Notes under the pieces: generated by a model
What the model was told of the DNA's origin: nothing
Databases searched by the model: none
What the model saw: the letters and a program-made list of their open reading frames with translations, nothing else
Position numbers and translations under genes: made by a program
Part shown: one piece after another, positions 45,018-53,650 of the stretch
Layout: every line of letters begins with the position of its first letter
Numbering within the stretch: position 1 is the first letter of the stretch
DNA from: Candidatus Moraniibacteriota bacterium
GTDB lineage: Bacteria; Patescibacteriota; Minisyncoccia; Moranbacterales; UBA1568
Length of the DNA: 55,804 nucleotides
Assembly: GCA_023261695.1 (NCBI GenBank)
Contig: JAHFON010000004.1
Span: forward strand, 1-55,804
Reading direction: 5' to 3'

Positions 45018-46325
45018 ATGAGTGATCCGATTATCGTCATAGACAAGTTGCGCGTCATCTACAACCAAGGCAAGTCCAACGAAATGCGCGCGCTGGAAGA
45101 AATCAGCCTGACTATCTATCCTCACGAATACGTGATCATCTACGGGCCTTCCGGTTGCGGAAAGTCTTCTTTGCTCTATTCAATTTCCGGCCTGCAGTCC
45201 CCCACATACGGCGACGTCCTGATTCAAGGCACGTCCATTGCCAAAATGACACGCCAGGAAGAACTGGAACTGCATCAGACGAAAATTGGTATGGTTTTTC
45301 AGGCATTCTATCTTATTTCCTCCATCAATATTTTAGAAAACGTCTGTCTGCCAAAAATTTTTTGCGGCATCTCTCCGAGTGAGCGCAAACAATCCGGCGT
45401 CCAACTGATGCGCCGTTTCAATATCGTGGAACAAGCCGACAAATTCCCCAGCCAGCTTTCCGGCGGGCAAAAACAGCGCGTCGCCATCGCGCGTGCTCTC
45501 ATCAATAATCCGGAAATTATCCTGGCCGATGAACCAGTGGGCAATTTGGACAGCGAGAGCGCAGAAAATGTGCTCAAAATTCTTAAGGAGCTGAATGAGA
45601 TTGACAAAAAAACCATCATTCTGGTCACCCATAATCCGGAACATCTCATATACGCCGACCGTGTTATTCATATGAAAGACGGTTACGTCATAAAAGAAGA
45701 AGTTTTTACAGAAAAACGCCCCGCCGAAGCAACCAGTAAAAAAGGCGAAGAAAAAGAGGATGCGGAATCACTGGAACTCAAAATGCTTATGGCGTCTTTC
45801 AAAGGTCTTCTGCCGCAACAGGTGAATATGCTTCTGGTACCATTCAAAGCCAAACAGCTTCTGTCGCACCTCTTGTCTGAATTAAACGGAGAACAGGTGA
45901 GTATGGCCGAGGCTTTTCTCAAAGAATTGCTTTTCAAAAATATTGACGCGCCGACATTTTCCAGTCGACTTGACCTAGACTTAGACGACGGCGGCGCCGG
46001 CTGGAACAAACTGCGCTCTCGTTCGTTCGCCAAACGTGTTTCTCTGATTCTTGATCAAGCCCAAAAACTCAAAAATGAAACAAGTGATGGCGTGCTATCT
46101 CTGGCTCAATATCTGATCAATCATTTTCACCTTAATCTTTCTTCTGATCAGGAATTTCGTCTCCAGGCGGTATTGAAACTCCGTTTGGCAAACCAAATTG
46201 GACAAATTGAACTGCAAAAGCGTCTGGACAAGTCAATGACGGCAGGCGGTGTCGGCCTGCATAAAATCACTGCCGAAAAAGTCGTCCGCGAAGTAGAAAT
46301 TATTATGTTACTCAAATACTCTTAA
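45018..46325 (+). CDS. ABC transporter ATP-binding protein (MacB/LolD-type) with about 220-aa C-terminal extension
   Basis: Walker A is GPSGCGKSS, the signature is LSGGQKQR, and Walker B is ILADEP. Residues after about 235 have no recognised domain. The start is taken at ATG 45018 (MSDPIIVIDKL). Confidence 0.85.
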   Translation: MSDPIIVIDKLRVIYNQGKSNEMRALEEISLTIYPHEYVIIYGPSGCGKSSLLYSISGLQSPTYGDVLIQGTSIAKMTRQEELELHQTKIGMVFQAFYLISSINILENVCLPKIFCGISPSERKQSGVQLMRRFNIVEQADKFPSQLSGGQKQRVAIARALINNPEIILADEPVGNLDSESAENVLKILKELNEIDKKTIILVTHNPEHLIYADRVIHMKDGYVIKEEVFTEKRPAEATSKKGEEKEDAESLELKMLMASFKGLLPQQVNMLLVPFKAKQLLSHLLSELNGEQVSMAEAFLKELLFKNIDAPTFSSRLDLDLDDGGAGWNKLRSRSFAKRVSLILDQAQKLKNETSDGVLSLAQYLINHFHLNLSSDQEFRLQAVLKLRLANQIGQIELQKRLDKSMTAGGVGLHKITAEKVVREVEIIMLLKYS

Positions 46326-46328
46326 TCT

Positions 46329-47525
46329 ATGAGATTCTTGGACTTATTAAAACTGGCGCTCCGGATGTTCAAAGCGCGCACCATGCGCACCCTCCTCACG
46401 ATTCTCGGTATGGGCATTGGAATCGCCGCGATTGTTTTTCTTGTGTCTTTCGGCTATGGCTTGCAACGAACCTTACTTCAAAAAATCACTACTTCCGATG
46501 CGCTGGTCACTTTAGATGTTTCGCTTGGCAAAACAGAAAATGGTGAAACTTTGAACGAGACCGCCATTGAAAAACTCAAAGTCCTGCCCGATGTGGTACA
46601 GATCACTCCAGTACTGGAATTGGCCAGCCAAGTAAAATTAAATGACATCACGCTGGACGCGCGCTCCGTCAGTTCTACTGCCGATCTCTTTAAAGATGAG
46701 GGGTTGCGCATTGAACACGGCCGGTTCTTTGCAAAAGACGAGACACAAAATATTGTCGTCGCTTCGGCCATGACAAAAGTTTTCAATGTTCCACCGGAAG
46801 AAATACTGGGGAAAACCATCAAACTCACATTGTTTCAAAACGACTCTGCCAATCAAACAAATAGCAAGATTTCTTACGAACCAAAAAACAACTACACCAT
46901 CGTCGGCATAGTTTCAAATGAAGAAAATATCCTGTACCTTTCTTTAGACTCGCTCGTTAATTTCCCCCTAACCAACTACACTAAACTGAAAGTCAAATGT
47001 TCTTCAACCAAAACGCTGGACCAAGTGAAAAAAACCATAGAAGAACAGGGTTTCGCGGTGTCATCTGTGTCGGAAACCATTGACCAGGCCAACAAAGTCT
47101 TTCGGGTTGTTCAAATTGTGCTGATGGTGTTCGGTTTAATCGCTCTTATGGTATCCGCCATCGGTATGTTTAACACAATGACCATCGCGCTTTTGGAACG
47201 CACGGAAGAAATCGGAATTATGAAAGCCATCGGCGCGTCACGTCTCGACATTTCAATGATGTTCATTATGGAATCAACGCTGATGGGGTTTTTAGGCGCT
47301 TTGGGCGGAGTTGTTTTGGGCTACGTTGAAGGCAAGGTATTAAATATTCTGATCAATTTGATAGCCAGTCGCTTTGGCGGAGAAGCAGTTGATCTTTTCT
47401 ATAGCCCGACTTGGTTTATTTCCACCGTCATTATTTTCGGCGCGTTCGTAGGACTTTTGACCGGCATTTTTCCGGCGCGCAAAGCCTCCCACATTGACGC
47501 GCTGGAGGCTTTGCGTTACAAATAA
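46329..47525 (+). CDS. ABC transporter permease (FtsX/MacB-like)
   Basis: The layout is an N-terminal transmembrane helix, a large periplasmic domain, then a C-terminal FtsX-type 3-TM bundle (ERTEEIGIMKAIGA...). It is paired with the upstream ATPase. Confidence 0.85.
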   Translation: MRFLDLLKLALRMFKARTMRTLLTILGMGIGIAAIVFLVSFGYGLQRTLLQKITTSDALVTLDVSLGKTENGETLNETAIEKLKVLPDVVQITPVLELASQVKLNDITLDARSVSSTADLFKDEGLRIEHGRFFAKDETQNIVVASAMTKVFNVPPEEILGKTIKLTLFQNDSANQTNSKISYEPKNNYTIVGIVSNEENILYLSLDSLVNFPLTNYTKLKVKCSSTKTLDQVKKTIEEQGFAVSSVSETIDQANKVFRVVQIVLMVFGLIALMVSAIGMFNTMTIALLERTEEIGIMKAIGASRLDISMMFIMESTLMGFLGALGGVVLGYVEGKVLNILINLIASRFGGEAVDLFYSPTWFISTVIIFGAFVGLLTGIFPARKASHIDALEALRYK

Positions 47526-47528
47526 AAA

Positions 47529-49001
47529 TCAGATAATCTTTTTCTCTTTTTCGCCGGATTTTCGTTCCGGTGACGCGGTGTCCCGCGGCATACTGTCATA
47601 CCTTTTGATGCGCGCTTCGTCCATTCTCAAACGTGCTTCCAGTGTTTCAATTTCTTGTTCTTCGCGCCGCACTAACCGTAAAACCCAAAATAATACTCCC
47701 CCAAAAATCCCAAAAAGAATCAGCCCCGCGCCGATAAGATAGAAAAAAGAATTGCCAATGTCTCGCGTCTTGTTTTGCCAGACATTCCAAAAATTATCCA
47801 GCGTTCCTCTTTTTTGTAATTCATCGCATTTCTTTAAATAAACCTCCAGAGAATTTTCCGCCACAAACACATCATTGCTCTCTCTTACTGCTCTGCGAAA
47901 ATCGTCTACCGCCTTGTCGCAATGTCCTGAAGTAAAATTTTGGAATCCCTGCTTAAAACGCTGACCAAATACCCCGGAAACCAAAGGGACATCGGCTTCC
48001 TGTGCCGCCGTCTTGATCAGGGCGATCGGTAAAGCGAACGCGAAGTTATCTCCTTGCGCGCGGTTTAACTCATTAGTTTGAAAAGTAATGATACCGGTTA
48101 CATCGCCAGATTCGTTAAAGAGCGGCCCGCCACTGGAACCGGCAGATACTTTGGCATCGGTTTGAAATATCTTAAAATCGCGATTCGCGGTCTGCCTAAT
48201 CGCGCTGATGACTCCTTGTGTAAAGGTTGCTTCAGAAGGACTGTTTTTGTTTAATTCAGCTGTAGCTGGAAAACCGAAAATATAAGCTTTCTTTCCGACA
48301 GCCAGTTCCTCTGCGTCACCCAAAGAAAGCGCCGGTAAACGCGTTTCTTCAATTTTCAGTAAAGCAAAATCTTTATCGTCTTCCAAAAAAGCGTCGTTCA
48401 ACGAAACTATCTCCGCGGGAAAACCTTCTTTCAATAAATCTTCCGCGTTTCTTTTTTCAGAATTGGGACGCAGAACAACGACTTTGCTCTCTAATGAAAA
48501 AATGCTGTGTTCAATGACATACTTGATCACTTGCTTGCTGAAACTGTTATCCGTTTCCGATTGGATAAAATCTTGCATCTCCGCATCGGAAAGAAAAAGC
48601 GCGTTCTCATACAGCGCTGACAGGGCATTTTCTGAAGCGAGCGTTTGTTTGACGGTTTCTTGAGAAACCACGTGCGCGCTGGTCGCTATATATCCGTTCG
48701 GATGAATAATAAATCCGCTTCCCATTATATACTCATTCACCGGCACTTCCGTGTATACATCCGGCACAACGGCCACCAAATGCTTACGTATATCCACTTT
48801 AATCTTGGGGATTTTGGCTGAACCAGTAATGTGCTCACCAATTCTGACGATGGAAGGTTTCACTAAATCCGCCAGAGCCTCTTGCGGTAAAGGCGCTTGT
48901 GCCGCAGCTAAAGGAATCATCCTCACCGCAAATCCGTCCGAAACGCAAAAAATTAATATTGCGAAAAAAAATAAAGAAAAATATACGCCGCGCAATGACA
49001 T
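47529..49001 (-). CDS. Trypsin-like (S1C/HtrA-type) serine protease with C-terminal membrane anchor
   Basis: TSAHVV (His), DFALLKI (Asp) and SAGSSGGPLFN (Ser) form the catalytic triad context. It has an N-terminal signal and a late transmembrane helix FFYLIGAGLILFGIFGGVLFWVL followed by a charged tail. Confidence 0.85.
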   Translation of the reverse strand: MSLRGVYFSLFFFAILIFCVSDGFAVRMIPLAAAQAPLPQEALADLVKPSIVRIGEHITGSAKIPKIKVDIRKHLVAVVPDVYTEVPVNEYIMGSGFIIHPNGYIATSAHVVSQETVKQTLASENALSALYENALFLSDAEMQDFIQSETDNSFSKQVIKYVIEHSIFSLESKVVVLRPNSEKRNAEDLLKEGFPAEIVSLNDAFLEDDKDFALLKIEETRLPALSLGDAEELAVGKKAYIFGFPATAELNKNSPSEATFTQGVISAIRQTANRDFKIFQTDAKVSAGSSGGPLFNESGDVTGIITFQTNELNRAQGDNFAFALPIALIKTAAQEADVPLVSGVFGQRFKQGFQNFTSGHCDKAVDDFRRAVRESNDVFVAENSLEVYLKKCDELQKRGTLDNFWNVWQNKTRDIGNSFFYLIGAGLILFGIFGGVLFWVLRLVRREEQEIETLEARLRMDEARIKRYDSMPRDTASPERKSGEKEKKII

Positions 49002-49023
49002 ATCACATCAAATATAACGCCAA

Positions 49024-49758
49024 TTATTTTTCCAAAATTTCCACATTGAGCACGCGTATCGGTGTGACTGGAGATGAATTTTCTCCAGACGCGTTCTGCT
49101 TTACTTCGGCAGTAGCAATTTTGTCAACTACTTCCAATCCCGAAACCACTTCGCCAAATATCACATAATTGGGCGGCAGAGAGTTGTCCTGCTGCATAAT
49201 GAAAAATTGACTGCCGTTGGTATTCGGTCCGGAGTTGGCCATCGCCAAAGTGCCGCGCGCGTACTTTCCGTTAAATTTCTCGTCGGCAAATTTGTATCCC
49301 GGACCGCCACTGCCCGTCCCTTCCGGATCTCCGCCTTGAATCATAAAATCTTTGATGACGCGATGAAAAACCGTGCCGTCATAAAATTTTTCGCGAGCCA
49401 AGAAAACAAAATTGTTGACTGTAATCGGAGTTTCTTCGGCAGTCAGTTGCACGACAATATCCCCCGCGCTTGTTTTTAGCGTGGCCGTGTATTTTTTGTT
49501 TTTATCAATCGTCATTTGCGGGGGCGTTGGATACATTTTTTTATTGGTTACTGGGGGCTGATTATTAGACTGCTTAACTGGCGGGGCTTGGGACGTTGTT
49601 TCTTTGGATTTTTCCGGCGCAACATTTTGTTGTCCGCCAGAGTCAGAATAAAACGTAAGCGCGTCTTGTTTCTTGGTTTGACGAATCTCTTGAGTAGCAC
49701 AACCGGAAAGCAATATCGCGCCGACAACCAAAAACGCTCCGAAAAATTTCTTGCGCAT
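49024..49758 (-). CDS. Cyclophilin-type peptidyl-prolyl isomerase, lipoprotein
   Basis: The lipobox reads ILLSGCATQ. FHRVIKDFMIQGGDP, MANSGPNTNGSQFFI are cyclophilin motifs. ATG 49758 (MRKKFFGAF) is preferred over the ORF start at 49812. Confidence 0.9.
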   Translation of the reverse strand: MRKKFFGAFLVVGAILLSGCATQEIRQTKKQDALTFYSDSGGQQNVAPEKSKETTSQAPPVKQSNNQPPVTNKKMYPTPPQMTIDKNKKYTATLKTSAGDIVVQLTAEETPITVNNFVFLAREKFYDGTVFHRVIKDFMIQGGDPEGTGSGGPGYKFADEKFNGKYARGTLAMANSGPNTNGSQFFIMQQDNSLPPNYVIFGEVVSGLEVVDKIATAEVKQNASGENSSPVTPIRVLNVEILEK

Positions 49759-49822
49759 ATTTTTACACTCACTCGTTTCCTTTAGTATACATAACATTGA
49801 GATAAAACGCACGACCCAAGTG

Positions 49823-49851
49823 TTGACTTTGCGCTTTTTCTGCGCTATAAT
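49823..49851 (+). promoter_or_regulatory. Near-consensus sigma-70 promoter
   Basis: TTGACT (49823-49828), exactly 17 nt, then TATAAT (49846-49851). Confidence 0.7.
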
Positions 49852-49866
49852 GAATACGTTGAAGCA

Positions 49867-49925
49867 TTGAGAAACGAAAAACGGGTGAGGGCGTTATCGT
49901 CTGCAACCCGTTTTTTATTTCTCAA
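49867..49925 (+). terminator. Long hairpin / intrinsic-terminator-like element about 10 nt downstream of the predicted TSS
   Basis: TTGAGAAACGAAAAACGGGT, a 19-nt loop, then ACCCGTTTTTTATTTCTCAA gives 20 paired positions with 2 mismatches. The inner part is a classic A-tract/stem/T-tract terminator. It precedes the small ORF at 49995 by 70 nt. Confidence 0.55.
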
Positions 49926-49994
49926 ACTGTGCTCAACAAAGCCCAAAGGTCGAGTTGGGTAAGTTCATTAAATAAAAATTAACATAAAAAAATT

Positions 49995-50195
49995 ATGGAA
50001 ACTCCCATGGTAGAGGAATCGCCCGCAGAAACAGGTACTGGGTCTACTTGTTCTCCGGGAGAAGGATCTCAATGTCCAGACTGCGTAAAAACAAAGCAAG
50101 AGACAGCCCAAAACGAGGAAATTAGTTTAGCGTTTTTGCTGGCTCTCGTGCCTATAATCAGCCTGACTTTCTTTGGCCAGCTAGGTCTTTTGTAA
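49995..50195 (+). CDS. Small Cys-containing membrane peptide (66 aa), hypothetical
   Basis: METPMVEESPAETGTGSTCSPGEGSQCPDCVKTKQETAQNEE is followed by one hydrophobic helix ISLAFLLALVPIISLTFFGQLGLL. It is bracketed by a strong promoter upstream and a 12-bp terminator downstream. No Shine-Dalgarno sequence is seen. Confidence 0.45.
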   Translation: METPMVEESPAETGTGSTCSPGEGSQCPDCVKTKQETAQNEEISLAFLLALVPIISLTFFGQLGLL

Positions 50196-50217
50196 AAAAA
50201 GAAAAGTAGGTCAAAAT

Positions 50218-50252
50218 AAATACACTACGCTCAAAACGTAGTGTATTTTATT
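50218..50252. terminator. Bidirectional intrinsic terminator between convergent genes
   Basis: AAATACACTACG-ctcaaaa-CGTAGTGTATTT is a 12-bp perfect stem flanked by A and T runs. Confidence 0.8.
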
Positions 50253-50263
50253 TGTTGTATGAC

Positions 50264-52951
50264 TTACGCATTTATCTCTCTTGAAAGAAGCCTGTACAGA
50301 AAACTTGCCGCAAAGAGAGAAAGTGCCGCGCTCAAAAGAATGCGAAAGGTAAACAGCAAAGATGCCGGGATGTATGAAACCAAAGCCGCCAGATATTTGC
50401 GCTCGCCTTGCAGCGGTCCTTGGGCAATATCCTGAGTTTTCAGCTCCACTTGAATAGCGGACGAAAGGTTGATTTCCGTGGATTCAAAGGGGGAAACGTC
50501 CCAAATGTCCAAAAGAGCGCGCCGGGTTTCTTGGGATTGAGAAACTTGAGCTAGTAATCCGACATTATAAATCTCGCCCGGAAACTTGTTGGCAGTAAAA
50601 GTAATTTCACCCGGCGCGCTTTCATCTACTATTTCTCCATCCACTCGCCACTCTCGCCGTGTAGTCTCTTTATCTTTGAGGAAGCTCGGAACAAACACGG
50701 CTTGAAAACCAGACTGACTGCCGGAATCCGCCTGAAAAATACTAGCGCTCTTGTCGTCGCACAATCCGCCAGGACAATCGGTACCGCTGGCGACATTTCT
50801 ATATTGACCTAATAATTTAGGCCAAACAATTCTCTCATCTAAAGACTTAATAGACACTAGCGGTTGCACGATATTGAAAACGCGGGAGAGCGTGATGGTA
50901 TTACCGGTGAGCGTATCATTGGCGGTTACAACCACGGTATAGGTATCGCCCACATTCCCGGTAACGGGGAAAAAATTCACTTCATTTTGCATAGTATCTC
51001 CTGGGTCAGAACACTCTTCAGAAACATATTTGCGCGAACACACCAGCGGCGCGCCATTAATCGTCCAGTGGAAATTGGACAAACCGCTCTTATCAATCTT
51101 CAATCCGATAACCTCGTTTTTAATAATCCGGCACACAGCGCGATCCAGAGCATCTTGATTACAAATAGAATCTGCCGAGAGAGCCACTTTCATTCTCGTT
51201 CCGTCGATAGGATCAACCCGATAAGCCGTGATTTTCTTACCGCTGGAAGTAAATTTTACAATGACATCGCTCCGACCGCTACGACTGGCTCCGCTAGCAA
51301 AATTTTCATTCGCTTTAACCTTAAAACGCAGATAGCCAGTACCGTTTGTTAAATAGCTCTCAAAAGTTGTGAAAAGCTTGGTGCGGTCGTCCGGGTCTTT
51401 CAGTTTATCAGACATATCCAGTTTCACTTTGATGCTATCTAAAGCATTGCCCTTAGTATTGCCTAACAGTCCGTTGTCTTGCAAAATTTTAGTGATATCC
51501 TTTTTTTCGCTAAAATTTATACTGCTGCTGATTTCCACCGTCCAATCAAAAAGCGTATCCGTAAGCTGACGTTGCGCATTGCTGACGGAGGCCTGCGCTA
51601 TCACGATATCGCCCGCTTTGTCTGTCGTTTCATCGTTCACCGGGTTGTCAGGAATAGAGGAAACCCCCACTTCCAAGTTAGTCGCCTGTCCGCCTTGCGT
51701 CGGATCCACGATATTTTTTTCAATACAATCATTCAGATCAAGGGCGGCAGTCGGAATTTCAACATTGTAGCCTTTAATATTTTCCGTGTAAGAGCCTTTC
51801 CCGCTAACAGGGCAATCATTTTTGGAAAATGCCCACATAATCATAAAAGAAGAGTTGTCATGTTTGGTCGGTATCATTGAGGTTCCTTCTATAGCTACGC
51901 CGACCATGTCCCCAACACCATAATTCCAAGTAAATGTCTGACGTCCCAGTCCGACCACATTGGCTTCATCCTTATTACCGTTATCCGCAGTGTCCGGATC
52001 TTTCGGATCCGTACCCCAAAACTCTTCTTCGCTCAATCCAAAAGTTCCGTCGCCACTTGCAGGAACTCGCGGAAAAAGATGCTCGCAAATTGCATTGGAG
52101 CCAGAAGACGTACTCGTAGAACAAGAGGTTAAAGCGGAAGCGGCGGCACACGTGGTCACCGTTTCTGGATCAGCCACACAATACGGACTGCCCTCATTGC
52201 AAAACGGAGCGTTAGAAGAACATGTTGGAAGGCCGGAAATAGAACATTTGGTAATATCATCAGCCTCAACCACCATACACACCGGAGAAGTGCCAGTCGG
52301 ACAAGAGAAAGATGTTTCGGAAGAATTTTCCACCAACTCATAATTTATGCCAGAATCCGCATCGTGCACATAACAATAATCGTGAGATGTATTTTCTTTG
52401 TGATCACCGCCTAATTTAGCTTTATATCCGTCATCATCAGAATCTACAGAATCTGAGTCGTACTTCTCCTCAGGAATCGCCGTAGCGCTATCATAACCGT
52501 TTTGAGCAATCATCTTGGCCGCTTCTATTTTCCAATCCTCTATGGTAATTTTTCCGTCATTATCCCTATCGCATTGTACTTTCGTATCATCGCTGGGAAA
52601 ATTATTCCGCTTACAACCCTCGCGTTCCAGATACCAAGTGTAATACAAAGACTCCCCGGGGTTGGAAAAATAAATAGGAAAGGCTTTGGCGGAAATTTTT
52701 TCTCCTTCTTTCGGATCACTGGGACTGAAAAAAAGCGACATCTCCGGGGCTTGTTTTTTGGTATCGGAAACGTTAAAATTTTCGCCTTGGTTGCGTATTG
52801 ACCCTAGATTCAAATGATAACGACGTTCCAGTGTGGCGGCGATGCTTGAGGCCGAAGGCAGAGCCAGTACCGGCAAGACACTCTCTGTAAAAATTCCCAG
52901 GGTTAAAAAAATAACTAGAGTGGTTCTAAATTTCTGAAAAAATAAGCGCAT
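50264..52951 (-). CDS. Large secreted, C-terminally anchored Cys-rich surface protein (895 aa)
   Basis: ATG 52951 gives the signal peptide MRLFFQKFRTTLVIFLTLGIFTESVLPVLALPSASS. It has an EF-hand/dockerin-like loop DRDNDGKITIED and a Cys-rich block (SFSCPTGTSPVCMVV...CSISGLPTCSSNAPFCNEGSPYCVADPETVTTCAAA...). The C-terminal transmembrane helix is IPASLLFTFRILLSAALSLFAASFLY. The ORF-track extension to 53194 overlaps the upstream gene and is rejected. Confidence 0.8.
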   Translation of the reverse strand: MRLFFQKFRTTLVIFLTLGIFTESVLPVLALPSASSIAATLERRYHLNLGSIRNQGENFNVSDTKKQAPEMSLFFSPSDPKEGEKISAKAFPIYFSNPGESLYYTWYLEREGCKRNNFPSDDTKVQCDRDNDGKITIEDWKIEAAKMIAQNGYDSATAIPEEKYDSDSVDSDDDGYKAKLGGDHKENTSHDYCYVHDADSGINYELVENSSETSFSCPTGTSPVCMVVEADDITKCSISGLPTCSSNAPFCNEGSPYCVADPETVTTCAAASALTSCSTSTSSGSNAICEHLFPRVPASGDGTFGLSEEEFWGTDPKDPDTADNGNKDEANVVGLGRQTFTWNYGVGDMVGVAIEGTSMIPTKHDNSSFMIMWAFSKNDCPVSGKGSYTENIKGYNVEIPTAALDLNDCIEKNIVDPTQGGQATNLEVGVSSIPDNPVNDETTDKAGDIVIAQASVSNAQRQLTDTLFDWTVEISSSINFSEKKDITKILQDNGLLGNTKGNALDSIKVKLDMSDKLKDPDDRTKLFTTFESYLTNGTGYLRFKVKANENFASGASRSGRSDVIVKFTSSGKKITAYRVDPIDGTRMKVALSADSICNQDALDRAVCRIIKNEVIGLKIDKSGLSNFHWTINGAPLVCSRKYVSEECSDPGDTMQNEVNFFPVTGNVGDTYTVVVTANDTLTGNTITLSRVFNIVQPLVSIKSLDERIVWPKLLGQYRNVASGTDCPGGLCDDKSASIFQADSGSQSGFQAVFVPSFLKDKETTRREWRVDGEIVDESAPGEITFTANKFPGEIYNVGLLAQVSQSQETRRALLDIWDVSPFESTEINLSSAIQVELKTQDIAQGPLQGERKYLAALVSYIPASLLFTFRILLSAALSLFAASFLYRLLSREINA

Positions 52952-52971
52952 ACCCGGTAGTACAACTAATT

Positions 52972-53634
52972 CTAACGAAACGCGAGAAAAAAAACATCTG
53001 TCAAGAGAAAAAACAACCAGCTGGCCGCCAGAGAATACCAAATGGACTCTGAACGATACGCGATAAATCCGGAGAGCGGACAAAAAATAATCAGCGGCAC
53101 CACTTGCCAAGAAACAGATTGGCCCATAAAAATCAGTCCCAAGAAAAGCGCTGTCTGAACCGCGATGGCCCACATCCCAAATTCCCGCAACCAAAACAAT
53201 TGTACAAACCCGCGGAAAAATACTTCGTAGAGCAACGCTACAAACACCGTCAGCGTTAATTCATACAGCGCGAACCACACAAAACTCCTCTCTACCGCCG
53301 CGGGAAAAACGTATTGCGCGCGAAAATCTGGAAAAATGAAAGCCAGCAAGATTATAATAGCCACAGCCAGCACGACCGACACGATCCCAAAAAAAACGCC
53401 TGCCTGCATATTTCCCGTTTGCCAGCCAATCTCTTCCAGAGACTCTTTCAGCACCATTTTACTATACAAAACGGGAATTACCAAGAAAAAAACGCTGGCC
53501 ACGATAAATCCCTGGAGCACCGGGCTGAAGTTATCGCTTTTGGGGAAAATTTCCGAAAAAACCAGAGAAAAAATCACCAGCAATCCCGTCACGATAAACC
53601 GCCGATTTTTTACCAATATCTCTAACATACTCAT
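52972..53634 (-). CDS. CPBP (CAAX-protease)-like polytopic membrane protein lacking the catalytic histidines
   Basis: The topology and the LLYEVFFRGFV block resemble CPBP motif 1 (EExxxR, here YExxxR). The whole 220-aa sequence contains no His, so the FxxxH and HxxxN/D motifs are absent. Confidence 0.5.
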   Translation of the reverse strand: MSMLEILVKNRRFIVTGLLVIFSLVFSEIFPKSDNFSPVLQGFIVASVFFLVIPVLYSKMVLKESLEEIGWQTGNMQAGVFFGIVSVVLAVAIIILLAFIFPDFRAQYVFPAAVERSFVWFALYELTLTVFVALLYEVFFRGFVQLFWLREFGMWAIAVQTALFLGLIFMGQSVSWQVVPLIIFCPLSGFIAYRSESIWYSLAASWLFFLLTDVFFLAFR

Positions 53635-53650
53635 ATTTTTTTATTCCGTA

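Noticed and set aside
52952-53194. N-terminal 81-codon extension of the large surface-protein ORF, overlapping the CPBP-like gene.
   Set aside because: The extension overlaps the upstream gene in another frame. ATG 52951 yields a textbook signal peptide 20 nt after the upstream stop. Similar over-extensions were trimmed for ileS (3919 to 3853), the CcdA fusion (45003 to 44808), the PPIase (49812 to 49758), xseA (a TTG at 42606 to ATG 42597) and the PD-ExK gene (a TTG at 23094 to ATG 23001).
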